A stretch of 64,000 nt of DNA, taken from Octopus sinensis (Eukaryota). The DNA is taken from assembly GCF_006345805.1 (NCBI RefSeq), contig NC_042997.1, forward strand, positions 69,068,001 through 69,132,000, written 5' to 3'. Position 1 is the first letter of the stretch. The number at the start of each line of letters is the position of its first letter. Positions 40,261 through 53,250 of the stretch are shown here, piece by piece. The notes under the pieces were generated by a model, which saw nothing but the letters and a program-made list of their open reading frames with translations, searched no databases and was not told where the DNA came from. Made by a program: the position numbers and the translations under genes.

Positions 40261-41454
40261 AAATATCAAATCGCAAAGTTCAACAGCGTATAAGCGATGA
40301 GCATTAGCGTAAATGACTTCTCCAGTGATACTGGAAGTTGCTCAAATCCATTAACGAAATGAATGCCTTTTAATCAATGGTTAGGAATGTATTCGTTGAT
40401 ACGTAAGGCATCCTCTTGGTCAAGCCAAATGTAATACTTTTGTCACATTAGAAATTTGTAGACGTTTCTCACATTAGAAATAGTAGCAGGTACTATCATC
40501 TAAAAACAAATATTTTAAATAATGTAATCCACAGTACACTATTCTTAAAAATTAAAACTGGTCATGATTTGGATGTTTTGACCACACGTCTTATCGAATA
40601 AGACAAACTTAGAAGGAAATATTGACATCAATATTATTTATTATTGTGAATATATTCAATTTAAAACACTATTTTAATACTTATATTTAAAAAAATAAGT
40701 TATTTTATGCTTCGATGCTCAAATTTGTATCAATTTTCCGGTTAAAACGATGAAAATTACCCTATGAATCATTTTTGCTGTACGGTTATGAACGTGCAGC
40801 CCACAAAAAAAAAGGTGAAAAATGTTAAATTGATTAGTTGAGAGAAAACATGTTCCAACAAGAATAACCTATTTTCTTAGTGTCTAGAAACATTAAAAAC
40901 CGTATAATTTGTTATCAAATAAGTCGTATCAACAGCTACAAGTTGGGTGATAGTATCTTTTCTAATTAAAAATTGTATTGTCTTGTTTTCTGTAAGACTT
41001 GCATAGTTCTTTTCGGAAAATAAATGTTTGTTTAAAGTATATACCTTCCCTTGAACACTGTTTCTTTTTGCCTCATTGTTCCATATACTATCGTGTCCAT
41101 GCCTCTATGATGAAAAATCCTGTTTCATTTTCGTATTGTAGCCCCATGCCCGTATATTTCCAATTCCAGCTTACCGTTACAAAGTTCGGCTAGAAGATAG
41201 CTCCATCACTTGATATGTTTTTTATTTGTTTTGTTTATATTAGATTTGATTTGTTTTATTAGGTGGAAACTTTGACTTTCTGATTTCAAATTCCACAGAT
41301 TAACATGCTCCCGACAACACAGAGATATGAAACAACAATGTACCTAAATTGATTAAATCATTCTTAAGTCTCATAAGTCTTTGACATTTCCAACATATTA
41401 AGAGTGTGCTAGTGATGGTTCAGATTATAACAAGTGTACTGCATTGATTCACAG

Positions 41455-41773
41455 TGTTATCGAAGTATGTATACCAGGTCAATTCTGACGAAGCAGAACT
41501 ACGGTAAGCTGGTTGCCGACTAGGTGCAATCTACATATCTATTATTCTCGATATATCATGCTTTCGCCTGGGAGAGGACCATAATCAATATCCAAAATTG
41601 TTGCTATTTTATCACAAACTCACCACTGCACAATCTATTTATGTTATCCAGTATTTTCTAGCTGTTGTCACAGCGAAGATGAGCATGGAAGACTCAAATG
41701 TTCACTATATTTACTATTCCTCTGCACTCGTGAATGTTATTGTGCATCAGAGGACTGTTCTAAGGATCAGTGA
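41455..41773 (+). other. Candidate two-exon fragment encoding a Cys-rich peptide
   Basis: AG/41455-41503/GTAAG and TTTTCTAG/41662-41773(TGA). Phases are compatible: LSKYVYQVNSDEAELR-CCHSEDEHGRLKCSLYLLFLCTRECYCASEDCSKDQ*. No first exon found. Confidence 0.3.
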
Positions 41774-41899
41774 AACAATTAAAGATGATAATATTTCTAA
41801 TTTTTGTTTTGTTTTCATCTTTTTTTGTAGCCTGGCTCAGTTGTAGTGTTTTGATGGAGTATAGCAAGACGGTAGCTTGAACACTTAAATGTACTTTAT

Positions 41900-42940
41900 T
41901 TTGTCGACCCAGTAGATAAGGGCCCATCGGACGGCTTTCCTTCTCCCATGTCTTAGTGCCCATGCCCTAGCCCCGACAGTGCAACCTTCGTGCTTGGCAT
42001 TGCAGAATCAATGACGAGCCAATTTCACCGCTTGCGCGTCTTCTAGGTACCTCTCGTAGCTTCTTAACTAGGCTGCTCTCTATCCTGTATTCCTCTGACG
42101 CTATTTCTTTCCTAAACCTTAACGCCTTTACTTTAATAGCCTTTTCAGGGCTATCCACCATCGTGACTGTACCTGAAAACTTTCGTTGGACTAACTTATT
42201 AACCCGGTCTCTGAAAGCTGGACGCACTGGGAAGGACGCATTCAGCTTCCAGTATGGATCCTGTCTAGGTCAACCTTACAGAATACACATTTGACTTGAT
42301 TAATGGACAACATATAATTGGTGGACAACTTATGCTACTTCTATTTACAGGCCTAAAAATGACTTTTATCTAGAAACAATCTGGAGTACCCGATGCGGTT
42401 TGCTCATGTCCACATTAGTGCATTCGGAAAATCAGGTCGATACATGTCTGCCATCTCCGATCATCTAGGCCTAACCTATACAGGTGTGTGTTTAAGATGA
42501 CGTTCCAGTTGGCCACTAGAACTTAAAAGTGAGACGTCCCAAGGAAAACTTCCAAACCTTTGAAGAAGTCTGGCTGCCCTGCCCAGTCAGGACATACACA
42601 ACAACTAGTCTAACAGGCCGACTAAAAGATGTGAAGATCTTAAAATTGTTGAAAATAAGAGCTGGATAGTGTGTGTCGAAAATCTGGCTTTGTTGACAGT
42701 CGTCACATCCACACTTGATGACCTAAGGTTGTTGAGCAAGTAATCTTCCTTCCAAGGCGTCCTTGCTTCCAGGGCAACCCAATGTCACGAATTATAACAT
42801 GCAGTTCTTCCCCCGGAAGGTGAAGGAGATCTGAAGTCTTGTGGATTGTGCCTGGTTTAAAGTGGAGTAGTACCTCCAGGCTGATCTCAGACAAATTTTC
42901 ATAACGAGTCAGCTTCACCTGCAGGATACTGTTACTCCCT
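41900..42940 (-). mobile_element. L1/Tx1-like LINE fragment (ORF1/APE remnants)
   Basis: QPDFFKGLEVFLGTSH..VLVANWNVILNTH is homologous to the APE segment at ~55.5 kb. Post-APE NKLVQRKFSG..KAIKVKALRF. Confidence 0.6.
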
Positions 42941-43104
42941 TAAAAAACGATACACGTAAAATTGCTACATAAATGTATTATCGGAGGAATTCTTAAGATC
43001 TTTTTCCTCCTTCATTAATACGGTGGATGGAACAATTTTTCTCACCAAGAGGGTATCACGGAATGTTTAGCGGCCAGAGCTTCAATCATGAAGAGCACTA
43101 AAAT

Positions 43105-43174
<70 letters not shown>

Positions 43175-43180
43175 CAACAA

Positions 43181-44210
43181 CAGCAAAAGCACTCAGAGTG
43201 CATAAACCTCCGCCAAACCTCCGCTAAACATCCCCCTTAACGATTAGCCGGAGATTATTTTTAAAAAGAGAATATCTGAAATAAACTCGACTGCTCTCAC
43301 AAACGAGAGTCCCAAAAATGAAACCGACTGCTCTCAAAAATTAAGTAACATAGAAACGGGAAAATAATCCAGAATCCTTGTCCGATACCTGATCGATCAA
43401 TGGAACGTGAAGGTGGGTGTACGGACCGTGTTTGTAAGGCTGTTTGTGTTGTCTGCAGTGGGAATAGGGGCAGTTTTCTCTATGAATGCCTTTTGTAGTC
43501 TATCCACTGATATAGTGTCTTTACGACAATTATGGCTACCGTGAAAAATTTATCCATGTGAGAAAAAAAACGGAAAGGACCTGCATACGGTGCTGGTAAC
43601 GGAGGTTTAACAACGTCATTGCACACAAAAACGTGAGTCCAAGAAGTAAAGCTTCCTTCAAGGCAGAGCTAGAAATGCAATTGCCAATAAGGTAAGATGT
43701 TTTAAACAGGAGCGATATACTCAAATTTCATAAAACTAATTAATTTTATTATTGTTACTGAATATATTAGTGTTATTTAATTTCTTAACGGTTTTGCTGT
43801 CATTTGTTTATGTAGTTTGATGTTTTTATCCATTAGTTTCTACTTAGAAATGCGAGTAAAATGAATAATACAGAAACGAAAATTAAACTTTTGAAACAGT
43901 ATCGCCGCCATAACTTACTTCTAAACCATGAGCGGGATTTCAAGGGAGATAATCAGAGAAAGACTTGAAAGTGAACGAAAGATCCTAATAGTTCATGTAA
44001 AGTAAATATAACAAATAATTCAGAATCCTTGTCCGGTACCGGATCGATCCCCAAATCTAACCACTTCGTTCCAGTCACGAGGCCAAACATCTCTGAAAGT
44101 TTCATCCGAATCCATCCAGCGATTCTTAAGTTATCTTGTTCACGGACAAACAAGTAAACAAGCAGAACTGAAAAACAACACCTCTGTCTTCGCTGAGACG
44201 GAGGTAATAC
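43181..44210 (+). mobile_element. Non-autonomous Helentron/DINE-1-like element(s)
   Basis: 5' ACCTCCG motifs, aagtttcatccgaatcc..gttatcttgttcacggacaaac, and 3' hairpin ACCTCTGTCT-tcgctg-AGACGGAGGT (44180-44205). A 36-bp block is duplicated at 43363-43398 and 44014-44049. Confidence 0.5.
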
Positions 44211-44254
44211 TAATAATGGTTACTAAAGGTACAAAGCCTGGACCGTTGAGGGAT

Positions 44255-44410
44255 AGAGCTAGCTGGTTACATCGACCCCGTGAGTAACTGATACCTATAG
44301 CATCGACCACGAAAGAATGAAATGCAAAATTGTCATCGTCAGCATTTGAACATAAAATCTACAGCCGGAAGAAACGCAGCTAAGCATTTTGTCCGGCATG
44401 ATAATTATTC
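44255..44410 (-). mobile_element. SINE family C, diverged
   Basis: tacatcgacccc..aactgatacc..tcgacc.cgaaagaatgaaatgcaaa..gctaagcatttt is the reverse of family C. Confidence 0.55.
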
Positions 44411-44421
44411 TGATGATGATG

Positions 44422-44524
<103 letters not shown>

Positions 44525-44903
44525 TGATAATAATAATAATAATAATAATAATAATGTGGTGATGATGGTGATAATGATGATAACACCAGCGGTAACAACA
44601 ATAACATCAACAACAACAGCAACAACAATAATAATAATAATAATAATCATAGTCAGGAGATGAAGAAGAGGAAATAAAAGCTGCTGCAAAAAAGTAGAAG
44701 AGGAGACCAATTATACCTCTTTATGATATAGCAGCCAGATAAACATTCACTTATTGGCTAGACAGTACATAAATTAATGCGTCGATGTGTTTTGAAAGAT
44801 AAAAGAAGAAAAAAAAAAAAAAACAAAACAAACAAAACAATTATATAAATGTGGATGAGGCAAGAAAAACAGAGCACAAAGATAAAAAGAATAGATGCAC
44901 AGG

Positions 44904-44943
<40 letters not shown>

Positions 44944-45304
44944 TACAGCTGCGCTACTACCACTCAACAAATGTTATAGAGGAAGAAAATGTCGAACAGG
45001 AAGATTATAGGAGTTAAATGCTAGAGAAGCCTAATGAACAAAAAGTGTACCATTTACGGATGCGCTCGCGTGCGTTTGCATGTGTTTGGTGTGTGTACCT
45101 ATATATGCCAATATTTGTTTGCTTATACACATGCAAATTCATAGTAGACATAGAAATATATTTATACATACAAACATACATACATACATACACATATACA
45201 TATATATATATATATATATACATATATAAAACTTAGATAAAACTTAGATATGTTTCGACCAGAGATTGGTCCAGGCCATGTCTAACTTAATAGCACCACC
45301 TGAT

Positions 45305-45336
<32 letters not shown>

Positions 45337-45347
45337 ATATATATAAT

Positions 45348-45445
<98 letters not shown>

Positions 45446-45446
45446 T

Positions 45447-45498
<52 letters not shown>

Positions 45499-45502
<4 letters not shown>

Positions 45503-45751
45503 TAATACTAAGCAATAAAGGGTTTAGCAACGAATTGCCTTACCACATACCGAATTTAGAAATAGCAGTCAAAGAGTTATAGCTATTTCTTCTACTAAAA
45601 GGGAGATCTCAGTAAAAAAAGCAATTGCTGTTTTTACTGAGATCTCCCTTTTTAGTAGAAGAAATAGCTATAACTCTTTGACTGCTATTTCTAAATTCGG
45701 TATGTGGTAAGGCAATTCGTTACTAAACCCTTTATTGCTTAGTATTACTTA
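45499..45751. repeat. 253-bp near-perfect loopless palindrome (MITE-like, TA flanks)
   Basis: Centre AGCAA|TTGCT at 45624/45625. I see two mismatches and one 1-nt indel between the arms. Confidence 0.95.
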
Positions 45752-45845
45752 AATTTCCTCGAATGAGGCTTTTACATGCCGAAGACTACTTGGTGTAATT
45801 GATAATTATTCCAAATTAATTAATTTCACCCTTCATCATTACGGA

Positions 45846-45912
<67 letters not shown>

Positions 45913-46212
45913 GTATGTATTTAGAAGGTTGAAAAGATGAAAAGAAACACACGAGTTGATATATATGCCAAGATTTCATAACGATCTCGACCCCACAAGA
46001 GTAAACAAGGGACACAGAGACAGGTAGAAACAGGAAAATGTCCATTGTATTTGAATACTATGCCAATATTCTTTGAAAAAACTTTTCTTTTAAGTTTTCC
46101 AAAATTTTATTGTTTTCTATACTTACATTTGAAAAAGTCTCAATGACTGAAGCCGGTAGTTAAATGTTTTTTATAAAATTATTTTAGCATTTTCTACCTT
46201 GACATTTTTTTA

Positions 46213-46385
46213 CGAAAAAGACAAAAGACGAAGATAGGTGGTGTACAAAACAAACAGATGTATTAGTATAACGCTCAGGAATAGAAAAAAGTCTTTTACG
46301 TTTCGAGCCTACGCTCTTCTACAGAAAGGGACACAGAAAAACAAGGAGAGAAAAATGTGTGTAGTGGCTAACGATCTAACATGAC
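46213..46385 (-). mobile_element. Hammerhead-bearing dispersed repeat, copy 3 (motif 46292-46329)
   Basis: CCUUU CUGUAGA A GAGC-GUAG-GCUC GAA ACGU A AAAGA. Confidence 0.8.
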
Positions 46386-46494
46386 GACTAGTATATATAT
46401 ATATTATATATATATATATATATATAATATATATATATATAAGAGAGAGAGAGAAATGGAAAACAAAGACAAATGCGCAGGATGTAATTTAAAC

Positions 46495-46818
46495 CATTTA
46501 TATCGCTGACATATGTTTCGATGGATACAATAAAATTAAACCGGGAGGAAAAATTATGCGGAATGATGTACCAGTCTCCAGGGAAGAGATTATAAATAAC
46601 AGTGTTCATTAATAAGCCATTTATATGGATGTAAGAAATTATAATATATATATGATATTATAATATATTGTAATTTCTTATATCTGTAAAACTGGCTTAT
46701 TAATGAAGATTGCTATTTATAGTCTCTTCCCGATGAGATTGAAACATTTTTCCACATTATTTTTCCTACCGGATTAATTTTAATGTATCCATCGAAACAT
46801 ATGTCGGTTATATAAATG
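46495..46818. repeat. Imperfect ~320-bp palindrome with a hammerhead motif in each arm
   Basis: Arms ~46495-46649 and ~46663-46818. Plus strand CCGAUGA (46730-46736)..GAAACAUAUGUC (46794-46805). Minus strand CUGGAGA..GAAACAUAUGUC. Confidence 0.85.
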
Positions 46819-46931
46819 ACTTACATAGCCTAAAACAGTAGGTAGCAGAAAGTAGTTAACAACCCTCACCATATAATGTAATATCTTTGAAACAAAACCC
46901 TACCTGTCTCGTCTTGCATTGAGCATTACTA

Positions 46932-46982
<51 letters not shown>

Positions 46983-47201
46983 CACGGGACTAATATCAAT
47001 TGGCGCTTCCAAGCACTTCCTTAAACCATATTCAGTTAAATATATCCATGTGTCAAAGATGTGATCATAAATAGTCATAGGTAATATACCGACCAAACCA
47101 TCTACATACACAACTAACACTCCGTCGGTTACGACAACGAGCGTTCCGAATACGCTAACCAAATACGCTAACCACCAAGCAACACGCCTTCATTACATAC
47201 A

Positions 47202-48426
47202 TACGAGGAATGTTCATTAAAGATTTTCCCTGACCCATTTCCGGTTATTATGGAAACGGAACTTGAACATGTATAATTATATACCTGCCACATTGTAAAT
47301 TGCAGCTTTCCACTTGTATTTGTTTGTCTTTTACGACTGTTTAAGGTGTTATAACGGAGGTAGTTGAATGCATATCAGCGATTAGGTTGTTATACTCGAA
47401 AGGTTCTACACCAAATGAGATTTTCGATGAGATGAAAGAAGTATATGGTGACGATGCACCATCATACGACGTAGTCAAGCACTAGCATCACCAGTTCAAA
47501 TGTGGTCTGACATCGGTGGAAACTGCTTCTATTCCTAGACGACCATATTCCACCACTGATAACGACACCGTCCATAAAGTGGAATCCACTATTTTGGAGA
47601 ATCACTGCATAACTATTCGGCAACTAGCCCAAGAAGTAAAGATAAGTTTAGGGTCCGTGGAAAAAGCATTCACGGAAGTTGTCTGTACGATTAATTTCCC
47701 AGATGTTCACACATTTTCAGAAGTAGGAACGAATCCATTCCAGGCTCTTTTGGCAATGTTCCGAGAAAACGAAGAGCGCTTTTTTGGCAGACTTATCATA
47801 CAGACTGAAACATGGATCCATCACTATGATCCTGAGAGTAAAGTCCAGTCGAAGCAACGGAAGCATGATAACTCACCACCTCCAAAGTAGGCTCGTTACC
47901 AAACCTCAGCAGGCAAAGTGATGCTCGCAGTCTTTTGGGATCAGCTCAGAGTAGTGATGATTGATTTTTTGGTGAAGAGTACCACGATTAACGTCTCTGC
48001 TGCAGAGATTGCAGGACGACGTCAAAGCTGACCAAAGGAATACGCCTCCTCCAAGGCAACGGCCCAGTTCACAATGCGCATGTTGTCCAGATGAAAGCAC
48101 ACTCCTGCAGCTACGAAATCCTTCCTCACCCTCACTTACTTTCCCGATCTCGCACCATCTGACTTCTACCTCTTTCCAAACATGAAGTCTTTTTTGAAGC
48201 GGAAGCACTTTTCGGATGATGATGAACTTATTTCCGAGGTAAAGTCTGAGATCCAGATGCAACCTACCGGCCTCTACAGACGAGATGTTCACAGCTGCAT
48301 AAAGCGATAAAGTGTGTCACCACTGGTGGGGGCTATGTAGAGAAGGACTAATAATTTTCCCAAGTTTCGTTTATCCCAGTCCTTGGGAAGTGTGTCAAAG
48401 GAAATCTTTAATGAACACCCTTTGTA
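47202..48426 (+). mobile_element. mariner (DD34D) element with both TIRs, degenerate
   Basis: TAcgaggaatgttcattaaagatt / aatctttaatgaacaccctttgTA. Remnants: EIFDEMKEVYGDDAPSY, TETWIHHYDPESKVQSKQ, SAGKVMLAVFWD, DLAPSDFYLFPNMK. Confidence 0.9.
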
Positions 48427-49309
48427 TTCACATGCATGCATATATACATACATGCGTGCATACATACATACATACATACATACATACATACATACATACA
48501 TACATACATACATACATACATACATACATACATACAGAACATACGTGACAAACTGGGAAAACAATTTTTCTTAGAAATAAAAATCAACCAGCTAGCATAC
48601 GCATTAAAAATTCAGTCTGTAAGAAGAAAAGTAAAAATTTATATGACTTTTCTCAAGTTTAAAATGTGACATTGCTTTTGTTAACTATTTTTCAACAATA
48701 AATCTTAACAATTTTGTTAGAAACGAGCTCGTTGCTTACAAGAGGATTTCAAATTATTATAAATAAGAAAGTACACACACATATATATCTACATATGTAC
48801 ATACATAGAGAACATATATGTAGCACATATTTATATTCATAATTATGTAATTATCTTAAGTCATCACCTTCCGTAACTTCGATGTACAATTTTCATTAGG
48901 GTACTATTTTCCTATAAAGAATAATATTGGTGATAAATGTAAATTATACACCAAAATTCGTGGGAACTTCAGCTTTGAAACATGCCGAAAAAGTATTTCT
49001 GAATTTGAATGTACTTGTACTTTAAACAAGGATTGTTCGTGGAATATTCCTATCAAATCTTATATGAAATGCTTTTATAAATTACTCAGATTAAAAATTA
49101 TATAAATTAAGTTTGTATCTATACTTTCCAGGAACTTAGCTATGTTGCTAAATGTCTAAACAGGAATCAACAAAAGCTGATTTCCCTTTTAATCAAAACA
49201 TAAAGCCAACCAAAACTACTTCCGCAAATATAGTGCGAAAAATTAAATAAAAATGTAAAAATAGTTGCGCAGTTAAAATTTCGCTTTGTAAACGTCTGGT
49301 AACAGGTTC

Positions 49310-49483
49310 GTTCTCATTGCCTGTTAGTTTCTTTCTGTGTTCCTTTCTGTGGAAGAGCGTAGGCTCGAAACGTTAAAGACTTTTTCAATTCCCGAGCGTT
49401 ATACTAATACATCTGTTTGTTTGTTTGTTTTCTACACCACCTGTCTTCGTCTTTTGTTTTTTTTTTCGTGAATTCTCCCCTAT
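49310..49483 (+). mobile_element. Hammerhead-bearing dispersed repeat, copy 4 (motif 49342-49379)
   Basis: CCUUU CUGUGGA A GAGC-GUAG-GCUC GAA ACGU U AAAGA; predicted cut after 49374. Confidence 0.8.
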
Positions 49484-51576
49484 GTGTTATTATAACCTCA
49501 GTGTGGCCAAAATTTGATAGACAGTAAGCGAGCTGAACCCGTTATTTCAACATATACACAAAAACACACACGCACGCACACAGACAGAGACACACATGTA
49601 TATATCTGTGTCTATATATTCATGTGTGTGTGTATATATATATACATACATACATACATACATACATTCATGCATACATACATACATACATACATACATA
49701 CTACATACATACATACTACATACATACATACATACATACATATACACACACACATATATTTATATATACATTTTCCCTCTTTGAGGCGTGAAAACATTCC
49801 TGTGCAGTTCTTTCAGTAATTCCACCTTTTCTGTGCACTGCACGAATATCTCGAGTCGTTGTGGCAGATTTGGAACATTATACTAATTTTTTTTTTATGC
49901 TTGAAACTTCATCGTCCTTTGACTGAAAAAGGCAAATTTTATTGAAATTTCTGAAACGGACGAAAGTGCTTCAAAAACAACCATAAAACGCGACGATAAT
50001 GATATTTTTCATCTTAGTTCAAATGACATTGGAAGAGCGATAAATGAAATTATGTGACAACCCAACGCATTCATAAATACATGGAAAAACGTACAAACAG
50101 TAATTACAACTACGTGAACAGTAGTCTTGCAGATAACAATAACAGTTTTAACAGAATTAGATTGCAAAATGGCATTATGCAGTAATTCTACAGACCTGTA
50201 TATGGTCTGTAAACCGGGGTTTTTACTGGGTTTTTACGATTATTAGCAATAAAATTCGCAAATATTTGTTCTACAAGTATTTCAGAGAAGATCCAGTCTA
50301 TTTTTGACAAAGTCTGCATATATGTAACAATACGAACAGCGAATCATATCACAAATGAAGCAAGGCGAAGCTTTTAAACACGTCTCAAGTAAAAGTCATA
50401 TGATTCATTCAAATGTAGACGTTGTCAAGTTTTAAGGCAGTCGTTACCGCTCTGCTTACTAAGATGTAATCCGTTCTCACCGATGTTATCTTTGCTTTTC
50501 ATTCTTTAGTGAGTTTCCGATAAGTATAGTACCCTGACTGGGGTACCTTATCGCCAAATAAAGGATGAAATCGGCTGTGGTTAGACGGAGATAGCGACAG
50601 GATCCACAAAATTTAGATATCCAAAACACGCTCTATGTCACAGCGATGCCCTTACGACCATATTAAATGCTTAGACCCCAAATCACGCAACAGTATGCTT
50701 GATAATAAACGCATCACATGTGTTCAATAGCGAATATATAATAATTGTGTGAAAGTATTTTACATGAGTATTAAACAGAACTTACATGCATGTTTTGTAT
50801 CACAGAAAATAGACCTTTCAAAGAGAATGTGAATTGAAGGGTTGATTATTATTATTGTGGGTATAACATACTCATTTCGGAAAACGAAATGCAACGTAAA
50901 TACTATTCAAAAGAGACATGAGTCTCATCACTTATCAGTCGTGTTAAAATATGCTACCTTTCCATTGCATTTCATACAAAATGATTTTCAACCTAATAAA
51001 AGACGTAAAGACATTAATAGTTAATTAATAATATTGATTTTTAAATTTTAGTATCTATCCTACTAGTTGTCTGCACTTCGATGCCATCTTGTTAATGCAT
51101 TAAAATAGATACTGATCCACTATCACTGCCTATGATTCTGGGATTGCAGTGCCTTTGGGTCCTCTATATGCAAGTTGCGGTTCATTTGAGAGCTGATAGT
51201 GCAATGCTTAAAATTTTCTAACGTTAACCTGCATGCCTTTCACTTCAGCCCACTTGTATATAGCATCCAGATCCATCTGGATTCTTGTGATAATTTTGTA
51301 TGATCGGCGTAGCTAGCGACAGTGGCTATCTAAGTGACCATAAGAGAGCTAAAATAATAGCAATGGTCACAAGAGCTGGGGGGGGGCTACTTAGAATTTG
51401 CAGTCAACGGCCTGATTCTGTCTTTAAGGAAGTTATGCAGGCACTCATTTTACCAGGTCTCGTAGCTTGTGATATATCATGCAATGAGTCTACATATATA
51501 TATACTTAAGCTCACTCATATTTCGGGTTCTATATTTCTTGTTTGCATAGCCAAATCTCTCACACACACACACATA

Positions 51577-51617
<41 letters not shown>

Positions 51618-51855
51618 AGTGACAAACGTAAGAAAAGGACATTCTACTGTAGGAGTTACACGTATTAATATTTCAAACTGTTTTCTCCAACTTAGTTTCG
51701 CAAGCTTCTAACTGAAACTTGTCTCATTCAGGATTAGGTCACCAAATCTAAGTCGTGCAAGTTTAGCCTGTCAGGAACAGGTTTCAGTAAGAAGCCCGTG
51801 AAACTTCAAGTAGCATTGACCGGATCAAACTGTTTTAAAATTATATATATATATG

Positions 51856-51917
<62 letters not shown>

Positions 51918-51986
51918 ATTATATATATATATATATATGTATGCATGCGTGTATGTATATATGTATATATATATATATGTATATGT

Positions 51987-52018
<32 letters not shown>

Positions 52019-52019
52019 A

Positions 52020-52050
<31 letters not shown>

Positions 52051-52199
52051 CATACATACATACATACATACATGCATACATGCATACATAAAGACAGACA
52101 GACATTCAATTATAGGTAACTGAGCTAACGTAGAGGCGTCTATAGATAGTCGTATAACAAGTTGGCAGAAGATGAATCGGATGAAAAATAATTGTAAAA

Positions 52200-52683
52200 T
52201 GCTAACACGTATGAAGCACTTCAGAACTCTCTTGAAGCGTTGGATAACCTTCCTTTTCTTTCATTCTTTCTTGTCGTCCTTTTTTTTTTTTTGTGTGACT
52301 TCGTTTCTTTCTTTGTGTATTTTCTCCCTCCACTCATTCTTCGTTTCATTCTGTCTGCTTGTCTCTCTTCTGTGTGTATGAGTGTGTTCGTGCGCGCATG
52401 CGTGTTTATTCTCTCTACTCTTTCTTTCTTCCTTTCTTTCTTCCTTTCTTTCTTCCTTTCTCTGTTTCTTTCTTTCCTTCTTACTTTCTTTCTGTCTGTC
52501 TGTCTTTCCTTCCTATTTATTTTATTTTCATTTATCTAGCGTTACCTAAACCATTCTTTATTTTTTCTTTTCCTCCTTCTCCTTTTTATTGTTCTTTTTC
52601 TTTTTCTCCTCCTCTTCATCATCATCATTGTCTTCTTTCTACTACTACTACTACTACTACTACTACTAACCACTACTACTACT

Positions 52684-52739
<56 letters not shown>

Positions 52740-53250
52740 CACTCCTACTACTACTAATACTAATACTAATACTACTACTACATTACTGTTGCTGCTGCTG
52801 CTGCTGCCGCTGCTTGCTGCTGACAATGGTTCCTTGCTTCTTTTTATGTTTGTGGGATGGGAAATTTTTCAGTCGTTCCCTCTATTTTCTGTTTTCCTTA
52901 CTCGATCATAATCTTCTATCCCGTTCTTTCTTTCACTCATTCTTTGTTTCGTTCTTTCTTTCTCCTGCTTTGAAAGTTTATTTGCTACTACAGCTTTTGT
53001 AGTGTATTTTCTATTGTTTCTTCTTGATTTTCATGTTATTTCTGTTGTTCTTTTTATAATTATTTAAAAAAGTTTGCTACTTATTCATTTTCTATTGTTA
53101 TTTATGTTTCCATCCTGTTGCTCTTTTTTTTTATCCCATTTTCATTCGTCGTCTTTTTTACATCCTCATCATCTCACCTTCCTTTTTCTTTCCTTCTTCT
53201 TTCTCTTATTTCTTCTATTATCCATATGTTTTGAGGTAATGCCGTACCCC
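52200..53250. repeat. CT-rich and (ACT)n/(GCT)n low-complexity tract
   Basis: Read directly from the sequence. Confidence 0.8.

Noticed and set aside
41485-41520. CTGACGA hammerhead core
   Set aside because: A short stem is possible but there is no downstream GAAA.
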